This document shows positions 1 to 9,820 of a DNA stretch of 64,000 bases, piece after piece; positions within the stretch are counted from its first letter, which is position 1, and every line of letters begins with the position of its first letter. The DNA is taken from positions 1-64,000 of the forward strand of contig CAVXYC010000029.1 of the NCBI GenBank assembly GCA_963765765.1, given 5' to 3'. The stretch is from an uncultured Chloroflexia bacterium (GTDB lineage: Bacteria; Chloroflexota; UBA6077; JACCZL01). The translations under genes were made by a program, and so were the position numbers. The notes below the pieces were generated by a model. It ran no database searches, was not told the DNA's origin, and was given only the letters and a program-made list of their open reading frames with translations.

Positions 1-133
1 GATGGCCACCTGGAACTTCTACGTCCGGCTCGCTTCAGAGAAGTCGAACGGGCGGTTTTAGCTTCAGGCCCCTTGAGCTCCTTTTGCGAGAGGGTCGGTG
101 AGGGGACCTCGAGGTCCTCACAGGAGCGCAAGA

Positions 134-174
134 AAAAAACGCTGCCGACGGATTCCTCGCCGGCAGCGTTTTTT
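134..174. terminator. Bidirectional intrinsic terminator
   Basis: AAAAAACGCTGCCG...CGGCAGCGTTTTTT hairpin with A/T tails, just downstream of the minus-strand amidohydrolase stop. Confidence 0.8.
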
Positions 175-192
175 ACCAAAGTCCTTGTTCGG

Positions 193-1416
193 TTAGGCAG
201 TAACTGCCTCTTTGGCGCTCTTCCCAGCGGGCGTAATCGCTGGCAGGTGGAAGAACTCGATCGCGTTACCCGCGACCATGGCCCAACGGTCCTCCTCTGG
301 AATGCCCGCGAAGTTCCGCTCCAACACCTTATTCGAGTTCGGATACTCCGACTCCTGGTGCGGGAAATCCGTGGCCCAGATCAGGTTCTGCACACCGATC
401 CGATGGCGCATCTCCACGGCAGCGGGGTCACACTGGAAGCCCCACAGGAAATGCTCCTTGATGTATGTGCTCGGAGGAACATCTCGCGCATAAGGCTTCC
501 ATCCCAGGAGCTCCTCGGACCAGCCCTTGTGCCTGTCGAAGCGCTGGTCGGCCATATGAGTGAACCACGGGATCCAGCCTGCATTCGTCTCGGCGATGAA
601 GATCCGCAGATCGGGGAACCGGTCGAACAGCCCGTCCAGCACCATCTGCACGGCGTTCACCGCGCCGACCTGGGCAAACTTGGCGGTCTGGGCCGCGACG
701 TCACCTAGCGGCCCGACGCTGTCGCGGATCTGCTTGTTCTCTTTGGGGTAGGCCAGAAGAGCCCCAGCCCGCGGACCGTTCCGGTCAAAGTCCACGTGGA
801 TCGTGATGGGCATCTTCATCTCGAGGGCCTGCTTCCAGAAGCGGTCGTCCTCTGGTGTCGGTACCCCCTTTCCACTGGGGAAGACACCGAGCAGCACCGC
901 TTTGGCGCCCTTCTTTGCAACGTGCTCCATCTCAGCGATCGCGTCATCTACGCCGGTCCATGGAAGCACGCCAATCCCAAGAAGTCGATCGGGATCAACC
1001 GAGCAGTACTCCTCGAGAAGGTAGTCGTTGTAGGCTCGCACGACGGCCTTGTAGACGTTATCGTCTTTGATGTTTCTCCAGAAGCGAGGTCCCGAGACCT
1101 GTCCGGGGAAGAGAATCTCGGCATCCAGACCGTCGTCGTCCTGCTCCTTGATGCGCTGCTCGGCACTGCCGGTCCCGGGGGTGCTTTCGTAATTCTGACC
1201 GTAGGGTCGCCAGGTCGCCCGCCCCTTGCCGCCGTAGAGGTCAAAGGGAATCTCGCGCACCGCCTGGCCCTCGACCAACCAGCCGTCGCCTCCGTTGTCG
1301 AGTCGGACAACGCGTGGCGCGCGATCGCGATATTTTTCGGGAACACGATTCGTCCAGCGATTCGAGTTGATCTCGAGATGCGTGTCCCCTGAGATCACCT
1401 TGTATTCACGTGCCAT
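193..1416 (-). CDS. Amidohydrolase family protein (Amidohydro_2-like)
   Basis: 407 aa; N-terminal ISGDTHL, C-terminal WATDFPH metal/catalytic motifs; GGAGG RBS upstream. Confidence 0.9.
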   Translation of the reverse strand: MAREYKVISGDTHLEINSNRWTNRVPEKYRDRAPRVVRLDNGGDGWLVEGQAVREIPFDLYGGKGRATWRPYGQNYESTPGTGSAEQRIKEQDDDGLDAEILFPGQVSGPRFWRNIKDDNVYKAVVRAYNDYLLEEYCSVDPDRLLGIGVLPWTGVDDAIAEMEHVAKKGAKAVLLGVFPSGKGVPTPEDDRFWKQALEMKMPITIHVDFDRNGPRAGALLAYPKENKQIRDSVGPLGDVAAQTAKFAQVGAVNAVQMVLDGLFDRFPDLRIFIAETNAGWIPWFTHMADQRFDRHKGWSEELLGWKPYARDVPPSTYIKEHFLWGFQCDPAAVEMRHRIGVQNLIWATDFPHQESEYPNSNKVLERNFAGIPEEDRWAMVAGNAIEFFHLPAITPAGKSAKEAVTA

Positions 1417-1445
1417 GAGGCCTCCTGTTACTAATGATTTTTACC

Positions 1446-2823
1446 TTATTTTATGAGTGTCAGCCCCACTCGCGGACATTCCGACGCAATCGACCAAAGG
1501 AGCGAGTTCACGCCGCGGGGGTGTCTGGTGTCTATTGGGGCTGTAGCAATAGATCGAGTCTGCGTCGCCTCATCCTGGTCGGGGAAGAGCATGTCCTTTG
1601 GCAAGAGCGCGCCGCCGGAACGGACGTGGTAGAGCTCAGGATGTGTGGCTGCGTACGGCTCGGCTCCGGCGGCGACGTCACGGGCCGCCTTGAGAAGGCA
1701 GCGTCTCATCTGGATGATCGCTGCGTCCGTTGTGCCCAGTCGCTCGTGCGATCGATCGTAGATAGCGCCCATGGACTCCACCATGGCGGCATCCTGGGCG
1801 CGGCCTGAGTGCAGTGTGATGCCAGTAAACGTCGTCGTGCGTTGCTCTTCTCGGTCGATCAAGTAGTCGTTCGACTTGTTCGCCGTTGGGATCCAACTCC
1901 CCGGAATCAGGTTGCGCGAGGCATCGATCTCGAAGTTGCCACCTGAAGCTCCGTCGACCTCCGCAAGAGCTCGCGTGGGGTGCCAGCGCGCAAGCAAGAT
2001 CCAGGTTGTCTCATCATCTCGTGGTACCCACATGCCGCAGCGCACCGGGGCGCCTGGATCGCGCGGGATGAGCGTGAAGAACGGATAGAGCCAGTGACTG
2101 ATGCGCCAGTAGTTCTCCGTCTCCGTCGCTGGGCGGGCCGCGCCGATGAAGATTCCGCCATCCGAGTGTTTCACGGTGAAGCGTGCCCAGCGCGGTGAGT
2201 ACATATACCGTTGGCCGAGGCCGGTTGCGGTCTTTGCGCGTTCTTCCGCGTCCAGTCTCGCATGCAAAATCGAGGCATGGACGGTGTCGATCTCACCTTC
2301 GATGGACTGAACAAAATTCGACTCGTACATCAGCTTGGCGGTGGATCGCTGGGCGGCTGAGACGTCCATCCACTCCATGTGAGGGAGCTCGTCCGGCTGC
2401 CGCTCCGGCGGTCCCATATAGGTCCAAATGAATCCGCCGGCTTCCCGCGCCGGGTAAGCCGTCACGCGTCACCTTGTGTTTGAAGTTACTTTCGGGTGGC
2501 TCGTTGGGCATATCGACACACGCGCCGGATGTATCGAACTTCCACCCGTGATAGACGCAGCGTAGGCCCGCCTCCTCATTGCGACCAAAGAACAACGAGG
2601 CGCCTCGGTGCGGGCAGTTCTCCGCAACGATCCCAACGTGCCCGGTCGAGTCGCGAAAGGCAACCAGATCCTCTCCGTAGAGTCGCGTTCGGACCGGCGG
2701 GCAATCGGGCTCGGGCAGCTCCTCGCGCAACATAAATGGTGTCCAGAAGCGCCGACAGAATTCCCCCATGAGGGTTCCTTTGCCGACGCGGCAGAGCAGC
2801 TCGTTGTCCTCTGAAGAAAGCAT
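1446..2823 (-). CDS. Rieske aromatic oxygenase alpha subunit (phthalate 4,5-dioxygenase/LigXa-like), frameshifted near 2465
   Basis: ORF 2293-2823 has Rieske CPHRG...CVYHGW; ORF 1446-2465 has mononuclear Fe motif EGEIDTVHASILH and QDAAMVES; colinear with the intact paralogue at 9821; exact stop uncertain. Confidence 0.85.
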
Positions 2824-2910
2824 GAAGCGGCACCTCGCGCGGATAGTGGGAGAATAGGTCCCACGCGATCACCGGTCAAGGACGGCGAATCCCAAATGTA
2901 GAATGGGAGC

Positions 2911-4357
2911 GTGGACGATGTGATGCCTTCGGATGACGGCTGGCGAACCCTCGCGTCTGTGGGGCTCCCTGAGAGCGATATCGCGGTATGGGCGCAATCT
3001 GAGCCGCCCCAACCCTCAATACGGAACCAGCAGCGTGCTTCAGAAAAAGGCTGGTTACCGTATGAAGCGTATATCCGCCTGGGGAACGCTTTGCTCGGCC
3101 GTCTCCCACTTCGTGCGACCCGTACTGAAGACGAGCAGGCAGCGGCTGACATGATCACGAGCCGCTTGCGTGAAAAGCGAACGGAATTCCTTCGCTCGAA
3201 TGCCGAGTACGTCTATGGCGCGCTTACGTCGGGATCGTCGCGAGCCATTCGGGCTGAGGAGCTGGTTAAGCTGGCCGCGGATCGGTACCCCGGGCTTACT
3301 CCAGACGCTGACCTGATGTCGCGGGAAGCGAGCTTGCCGCTCAAGGAGAAGTCGGGGCACGAGATCGACCAGGGATTGTTCCTGTGGCAGATTCTGAGTG
3401 ATCACAGGGCGGGCGCCCATCTCGTGCATAGCATGCTTCGACCGACTCCTGAGGCATCAGATCTGCTGGAAGGCTTTCGGCGAACGGGGCATGTGGATCT
3501 TGATCTGGCGACGGTTACTCGGCAGGGGAACATAGGAATCGTCGAGCACCGCAATACTGCCTATCTCAACGCTGAAGACGACGACACGAATCGCGCGCTT
3601 GAGATCGCCATCGATCTCGTGATACTGGACCCCGCGTGTGACGCGGGTGTGCTGAGAGGCGGGCTCGTCACGCACCCGAAGTTCGCGGGCCGTCGAGTGT
3701 TCAATGCCGGGCTGAATCTCACGCGGTTGTATGAAGGGCGGTTGCCCTTCCTTTTCTACATGACCCGAGATCTGGGGCTGGTCAACAAGATTTACCGCGG
3801 ACACTCCCCCGAAGCAGTTCCGTCCCGCGGAAGGGGAGACGGGCGTAGAAAAGCCATGGATTGCCGTTGTGGAGGCATTTGCCATCGGTGGAGGGTGCCA
3901 GCTTTTGCTCGTGATGGACTACGTCCTGGCGGAGCGTGGCGCTTTTTTCAACCTGCCGGCACGCAAGGAGGGCATCATTCCGGGCGCTGCCAACCTACGC
4001 TTGCCACGATTCGTGGGAGATCGAATGGCGCGTCGCGGAATCATGTTTGATGAGCGGTTCGACGCTGAAAGCCCGCAGGGCGAATTGCTCTGCGACGAGA
4101 TCGTGCCCAGCAATGAGATGGATGCCGCGATAAGCCGTGTGACGCAATCGCTCTCTAGCTCAGGGGTTGTGAGCGCCGCCGGGAATCGCAAGGCGATACG
4201 GGTGGCCCAGGAGCCTCTTTCCGTCTTTCAGGCGTACATGGCCACCTACGCGCGCGAGCAAGCGTTCTGCCACCTGAGCCCGGCTCTGGTGCGCAACCTC
4301 GAGCAGTACTGGTTGTCGCGCACCTCGACGCTCTTAGCGGCACACTCCACCCCTTGA
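2911..4357 (+). CDS. DpgC-like (3,5-dihydroxyphenylacetyl-CoA 1,2-dioxygenase-like) crotonase-fold protein, frameshifted near 3820-3870
   Basis: Motifs HEIDQGLF, LNAED, GGLVTHPKFAGRRVFNAGLNLT, FAIGGGCQLLLVMD and EGIIPGAANLRL recalled as typical of the DpgC family; split across ORFs 2911-4050 and 3869-4357. Confidence 0.8.
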
Positions 4358-4442
4358 ACGATGCGTCTTGACAGAAGGTGATGGATTTGGCGCTAGCTGG
4401 AAGGCAGCTTCGAGCCTGAATCGCTCGATGGAGCCCGCTGGA

Positions 4443-5696
4443 CTAGGCAGCTCGGGGGCGCGCGAGAAGGAGGGCCGTCAGGCAGAGAATCCAGGAGATC
4501 ATGGCCATGACTAGGCCCGAGTCATAGCTGTGCGACTGGTCATACAGGAACGCGAACATGAACGGACCGACAGCGTTGACAACGGCACTGAAGGGACGAG
4601 CGATACCCCCGATAGCCCCCAGGTTGGCGCGACCGAAGTACGCCGCCCAGACGAGCTGATTGAATGCGACGTATGCCCCGATGCCGAAGCCAACCATGCC
4701 GGCGAAGACAAAGGTCATACCGCCCGTGACAAAAATGCCAATCGGCATCACGATCGCGCAGTATGCCGCGATCGCTATGAGCACATAGCGCACGTGAAAC
4801 CGATTACCTATCGGGCCCCAGACGAATCGGGCGATGATGGAGAGCAGTCCGTACGTGCTGAACCCGATGACTGCCACCTCCCGAGGAAATCCCTTCTCCA
4901 CGAATAGCGGAACCAGGTTAGATGGCAGGCCACCGGTTGATAGACTCCCGATGGAGATTCCGAACACAAGCAGCCACATCGTGCCGCTTCTCAGTGCATC
5001 GCCCGTTTTCCAGCTCACATCGTCGGCTCGCGGCTGGCTGGACGCGTGCCTTGCGTGAGGAGAGTCGCCATCCGGCAGAAGGCCGACGTCCTCAGGTTGG
5101 CGTCGGAGGAGCACCGACGGAAGGCCGCCAAGAATCAGTGTCATCGCTCCCATAGCTACCCAGGCCCCGCGCCAGCCGAAGCTGTCAATCCAGAAGTTCA
5201 CGAGAGGCGGCACGGTAAACGCCGCGATGGCGGAGCCCATGGTCGCATAAGCCATGACTGTGCCCCGCTTGCGCAAGAACCATTTCGGGACGATGGCCTG
5301 GATGATGAGAAACCCGCCCCCAACGGTGGCGATGCCCCCGAAAACACCGAAAAGAAGAATAAACTGCCATTCCGCGCTCACGAATGCCGTGAGAGCGAGT
5401 GAGATGCTACAGATCACACCTCCTGCGAGCGAGATGATCCTTGCACCATGCCGTTGATCCAGCAGCTTGCCCACGGCCGGGGCAAGAAAGGCGGCGATAA
5501 GTCCCCGCAAAGTGAGCGCCGCGTAGATAAACGCGCGCGGCCAGCCGAGCTCCTGCTCCATGGGCAGGACAAAGACACCGATGGACCAGCTCTGAGCGGC
5601 AAAGGTGAATCCCGTGATCAGTGCCACGCCAACAATCACCCAGCCGTAGAAAAATGGGAGGCGAGCCGGCCAGGGGCGCCTGAGGACAGCGGACAT
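4443..5696 (-). CDS. MFS transporter
   Basis: 417 aa with about 12 hydrophobic segments; FFYGWVIV start; motif A-like GKLLDQRHGAR; WFLRKRGT. Confidence 0.9.
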   Translation of the reverse strand: MSAVLRRPWPARLPFFYGWVIVGVALITGFTFAAQSWSIGVFVLPMEQELGWPRAFIYAALTLRGLIAAFLAPAVGKLLDQRHGARIISLAGGVICSISLALTAFVSAEWQFILLFGVFGGIATVGGGFLIIQAIVPKWFLRKRGTVMAYATMGSAIAAFTVPPLVNFWIDSFGWRGAWVAMGAMTLILGGLPSVLLRRQPEDVGLLPDGDSPHARHASSQPRADDVSWKTGDALRSGTMWLLVFGISIGSLSTGGLPSNLVPLFVEKGFPREVAVIGFSTYGLLSIIARFVWGPIGNRFHVRYVLIAIAAYCAIVMPIGIFVTGGMTFVFAGMVGFGIGAYVAFNQLVWAAYFGRANLGAIGGIARPFSAVVNAVGPFMFAFLYDQSHSYDSGLVMAMISWILCLTALLLARPRAA

Positions 5697-5933
5697 CCGG
5701 GGCAGGATACCAGCGGATCGGTTTCGGCGGTAGCACGGGGCTTGCCCGCTTGTCCCTCTGCCTGGTGATCAACAACCCGGGATTGGGAATGAGCCGGGTG
5801 CAATCCCAACGATTTGTGCCTCAGGAGATCCAGGCACTCGGGGAAATGGCTGTCCGGCGATTAGGCGTACTGGCGATGAGTTATCGATTACGATTGAGCC
5901 AGAATCTTTGTATCGCAGGGAGCGCGTTGCACG

Positions 5934-6662
5934 GTGATCGAAGTACGCCTCGAGGCCCTGAACAAAAAGTTCAATGACGTGACCGCGATCAGCAATTTCA
6001 CTCTGAAGGTCTATCCTGGCGAGTTCATGGTGCTTGTCGGACCGTCCGGCTGCGGAAAGACCACGCTGCTCCGATTGATCGCTGGTCTCGAACAGCTCGA
6101 TTCAGGACACATCTATCTCGGTGATGTCTGGGCCAATGAAGTGCCGGTGGGCAAGCGCAATGTTCAGATGATCTTCCAGAACTACGCACTCTGGCCGCAT
6201 ATGAAGGTGCTGGACGAAAAGGGCTACAGCAATATCAGCTTTCCGCTAAAGGTGCGGAAATGGGTGTCGGAGCAGATCGTCAATCGCGCGCAAGAGATTA
6301 CTCGGCGTGTAGGCCTTGGAGAAGAGCTCTATAGCCGGAGACCGGGTGAGCTTTCGGCCGGTCAGCAGCAACGCGTTGCGCTCTCCAGAGCAATAACGAC
6401 GTCTCCTCAAGTGTTCCTCATGGATGAGCCCATGGCGAACCTGGATCCCCCCAGCCGCGTGAAAGTTCGCAAGGAGATCAAGCAGCTTCATCAGGAGCTA
6501 GCGACGACGACGATTCTGGTCACGCACATCATCGCCGACGCATTCGCCATGGCCGATCGCATCGCTATCATGCGCGAAGGACGACTCGTCCAGGTGGGGA
6601 CGGTGGACAATCTCCGAAAGTACCCGGTGGATCCCTTCGTTACGGACTTTCTCGAAAGCTGA
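5934..6662 (+). CDS. ABC transporter ATP-binding protein (MalK/PotA-like, no C-terminal regulatory domain)
   Basis: Walker A GPSGCGKT, Q-loop IFQNYALWPH, signature LSAGQQQR, Walker B FLMDEP, H-loop VTH. Confidence 0.9.
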   Translation: MIEVRLEALNKKFNDVTAISNFTLKVYPGEFMVLVGPSGCGKTTLLRLIAGLEQLDSGHIYLGDVWANEVPVGKRNVQMIFQNYALWPHMKVLDEKGYSNISFPLKVRKWVSEQIVNRAQEITRRVGLGEELYSRRPGELSAGQQQRVALSRAITTSPQVFLMDEPMANLDPPSRVKVRKEIKQLHQELATTTILVTHIIADAFAMADRIAIMREGRLVQVGTVDNLRKYPVDPFVTDFLES

Positions 6663-6750
6663 ACCGCCTCACGCTAGCCCGATAGGAGAGTCAAGCCTTC
6701 GCGGGGCCTATAATCGGGGCCAGGGCAATTTTCAGCGCGGGGAGCTTCGA

Positions 6751-7323
6751 ATGACGCAGGCTGTGCAGACCGGGTACGGACTCGATGAGCTGATCGATGA
6801 CACGCGAAACTCCATTCTGAGCGGACACAATGTTCCGGAGACCGTAGGCGGAGTTCGTCGGGGCCTGAAGCAATACCTGGACAATCGGGAGCTGCGAGAC
6901 GGCATCAAGGAGCAGATCGCCGCAAATGGCTATCGCGGCATCACGATGTACAAGGACCCGGAGCTGGATTTCGTCATCACCGCCGGCACGGGCGAACCGG
7001 GTGTCCAGCGCCCAGCGCATGACCATAGTGATTGCTGGGCAGTCTACGGCGTCTATGACGGAGCCATCCGATTCCGGCGATACCGCTTACTGAATACCAT
7101 CGAGCGGAATACCTGGGAAGGCCCGGCTGAGCTGGAGTCGATCGCGGAATGGGTTGCCGGCGCCGGACGCATTGACGGGATTCTGCCGGGCGGCATTCAC
7201 GACCTGCGCACCGAGGATGAGTCCATCAGCGTCATCATTCGCTGCCACGATCTGAAGACCGTCTGGCGAAACTTTTACGATCTGGAGAAAAGCACCTTCC
7301 GCCGAGTGCGCGGCGGGGTTTAG
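6751..7323 (+). CDS. Cupin, cysteine dioxygenase-like (3-His)
   Basis: AHDHSDCWAVYGVYDG and GGIHDL give HxH...H metal ligands. Confidence 0.7.
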   Translation: MTQAVQTGYGLDELIDDTRNSILSGHNVPETVGGVRRGLKQYLDNRELRDGIKEQIAANGYRGITMYKDPELDFVITAGTGEPGVQRPAHDHSDCWAVYGVYDGAIRFRRYRLLNTIERNTWEGPAELESIAEWVAGAGRIDGILPGGIHDLRTEDESISVIIRCHDLKTVWRNFYDLEKSTFRRVRGGV

Positions 7324-7370
7324 CCTGTGCCGAGCGTCGTCCAAGCAGCAGATCATCGCGAGGCACAGCC

Positions 7371-8318
7371 ATGATTCTTGTTACTGGCGGCTGCGGCTTC
7401 ATCGGAATGCACACGGTGCGGGCACTCCTCGACGCCGGGGAAGAGGTAGTGGCCGGTTACCACAGCACGCGTAGAGAGCCCGAGATCTGGAGTGACGCTC
7501 TGGGCTCGCGTTTGCACGTTGAGGAAGTGGACGTTGCCAGGGCGACCCAGCTCAATGATGTTGTCGAGAAGTACAGTGTGAACGGCATCGTTCATCTGGC
7601 AATGCCAGGCTACGGTAAACTCACCGCCGCCCAGGACTTTGCCACCAACATGCCAGGCTTGCTCAACGTGCTGGAGGCCGGTCGCAGGTATTCGATGAAG
7701 CGCGTGACGCTGATGAGCTCGTCAGCGGTTTACGGCGGGCTTCCGGAAGGGCCCTTTGTCGAGGATGCCCGCCTTCCTATGCAGTCGACAAGTGCGACCG
7801 AAGCCTACAAGAAGGCTTGGGAGATTCTGGCATTCCACTACGCGGAGCGTGCCGGTATAGACGTAGCCGCGGCTCGAGTCCCGGGCATCTACGGGCCTCT
7901 CTACTACTCGATGGTGAATCTTCCCAGCCGTTTGTGTCACGCGGCTGCTCGCGGAGAAGCGCCCAATTACGAGGGAGCGATTGGCGGCGTCCCGAAAGAG
8001 GAAGCCGAAATGGATTTCCTGTTCGTGAAGGACTGCGCGAGTGGACTTACACTACTACAAATGGCCGACAACCCGGCGCACCGCGTCTACAACTTTGGCG
8101 TTGGGCAGGCTGTGAAATTGCGAGAGCTTCGTGACGCGATTCTGGATACAGACCCCCATGCCAGGGTTCAGCTGGATCCAGGCGGCGGAGCAGCCCAATC
8201 TCCAAATCGCTACCTTGACAACTCACGAGCGCGAGCGGAGTTAGGCTTCGCGCCTGCGTATGACATCAATCGGGGCGTCGTCGAATATCTCCATTGGCTG
8301 GGCAGTCACGCGCAGTGA
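7371..8318 (+). CDS. NAD-dependent epimerase/dehydratase (extended SDR)
   Basis: MILVTGGCGFIG Rossmann motif; SSSAVYG; YGP; active-site region reads ATEAYKKAWE. Confidence 0.9.
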   Translation: MILVTGGCGFIGMHTVRALLDAGEEVVAGYHSTRREPEIWSDALGSRLHVEEVDVARATQLNDVVEKYSVNGIVHLAMPGYGKLTAAQDFATNMPGLLNVLEAGRRYSMKRVTLMSSSAVYGGLPEGPFVEDARLPMQSTSATEAYKKAWEILAFHYAERAGIDVAAARVPGIYGPLYYSMVNLPSRLCHAAARGEAPNYEGAIGGVPKEEAEMDFLFVKDCASGLTLLQMADNPAHRVYNFGVGQAVKLRELRDAILDTDPHARVQLDPGGGAAQSPNRYLDNSRARAELGFAPAYDINRGVVEYLHWLGSHAQ

Positions 8319-8499
8319 CGATTGAGTGCCTGTCACTGGGCCGCCCAGGCGAGTGCCATTATGCTCGGGCGTTGCTGAACGCGGGGAGCGAGATGGCGGC
8401 TTGACCCAAGTACGTGCCAGTTTTCGATGCCAGTTTCATCAGAATAGTTGACTTAACGCTCCTTTAACTGGTGTCCATCTACCTGTCAGAGGTTTCGAC

Positions 8500-8814
8500 T
8501 TGGAAGACAAGTCCAAAGAAATTGGCGACCTTCTTCACGACGCTGCTGAAACTCATCACATCGTCTACAAGATTGTTGATGGCGAAGACCCTGACTGGGC
8601 TACGTGGTACTCCGATTGGTTAGTGAATCATTCCAATCTAGCTGACTTACTCGGACATGGCATTGTCCGCAGCGAGCTGACGTATATGTTGGTTAAGCTG
8701 GACAAAGCATATGGTGCAGGTCAGCAAGTCGAGAGATGGGAAGACTACTATGCTGACCAGCTTTTGAAAGAGTATGGCCGCGACAGCGGTTCAAATGTGA
8801 AGGAGTCTCCATGA
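8500..8814 (+). CDS. Small hypothetical protein
   Basis: 104 aa, TTG start with GAGG upstream; stop overlaps next ATG (ATGA); internal WxxW/YY repeat. Confidence 0.7.
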   Translation: MEDKSKEIGDLLHDAAETHHIVYKIVDGEDPDWATWYSDWLVNHSNLADLLGHGIVRSELTYMLVKLDKAYGAGQQVERWEDYYADQLLKEYGRDSGSNVKESP

Positions 8815-9761
8815 TTCTGATTACGGGCGGTATGGGCTTCATCGGGCTACATACCGCGCGCAAGTTCCTGGACGCCGGGCAAAGCGTCGTTCTGACCTAT
8901 CACAACACGCGGCGTGAGCCGGAAATCATCAAGGACGAGATCGGCAAGCGGGTCTTTCCGGAGCAGGTCGACGTGATCGACGGCGCTCGTCTCAACGAGA
9001 TCGCCGACTCGCACAAGGTCGATAGCATCGTCCATCTGGTGGCGCCGGGATTCGGAACGCCTTCCGTAATGGACGACTACCGCACGAATCTCCTGGGGCT
9101 ACTCAACGTGCTGGACCTTTCAGAGCGGCTGGGCGTACGGCGTTTGACGCTCGCCAGCTCCTCGCAGACCTATCTGGGGCTCCCTGAAGGTCCATATCGG
9201 GAGGATGCATTCCTTCCCATCGATTCGCGCAACGCCACCGAGGCCTTCAAGAAGGCGTTCGAGATCCTGGGGTTCCATTTCGCCGATCGAACCAAGATCG
9301 ACATTCGAGCCTTCCGAGTTCGCGGCGTCTGGGGTCCCCTCTACTATTCGATGGTCAATATCCCTAGCCGAGTGTGTCACGCTGCGGTAAAAGGCACCGA
9401 GGCGGATTTCACGGGAGTTCCCGGCGGCGTCCCTTATGAGGACGATGAGACGGATTTCTGCTACGTGAAGGACCTGGCGCAGGGCATCGTCCAGCTTCAC
9501 ATGGCTGAAAACTTGACTCAGCGCTGTTACAACCTCGGCAGTGGCGAGACCGTGCACCACAAGCGACTCATCAACGCTGTCCGGGAGATCGTCCCTGATG
9601 CAAAGATCTCCATGCAGCCTGGCTCCAATCCTCGTCCCGGCCCCAAGAATCCTGTGCTGGATCTTTCAAAGAGCAGGGAGGACCTTGGCTACGCTCCCGA
9701 GTACAAGGTGGAGCGGGGTGTTGCCGAATACATTGACTGGCTGAAGACCCACCCTCAGTAA
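8811..9761 (+). CDS. NAD-dependent epimerase/dehydratase (extended SDR), paralogue of 7371-8318
   Basis: MILITGGMGFIG; AAGGAG RBS; colinear with the upstream SDR. Confidence 0.9.
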   Translation: MILITGGMGFIGLHTARKFLDAGQSVVLTYHNTRREPEIIKDEIGKRVFPEQVDVIDGARLNEIADSHKVDSIVHLVAPGFGTPSVMDDYRTNLLGLLNVLDLSERLGVRRLTLASSSQTYLGLPEGPYREDAFLPIDSRNATEAFKKAFEILGFHFADRTKIDIRAFRVRGVWGPLYYSMVNIPSRVCHAAVKGTEADFTGVPGGVPYEDDETDFCYVKDLAQGIVQLHMAENLTQRCYNLGSGETVHHKRLINAVREIVPDAKISMQPGSNPRPGPKNPVLDLSKSREDLGYAPEYKVERGVAEYIDWLKTHPQ

Positions 9762-9820
9762 ATAAACCTGGCGGGTCGGTGCGTTGCGCCGATCCGATTC
9801 CGAATTCCGAGGAGTCGACA

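Noticed and set aside
73-1392. Long antisense or overlapping ORFs here and throughout the ORF track
   Set aside because: Shadow frames of GC-rich genes: Arg/Pro/Ser-rich, with no motifs or RBS
2911-4357. Glycopeptide/dihydroxyphenylglycine biosynthetic cluster
   Set aside because: No dpgA, dpgB/D, aminotransferase or NRPS in the window; the neighbours look catabolic
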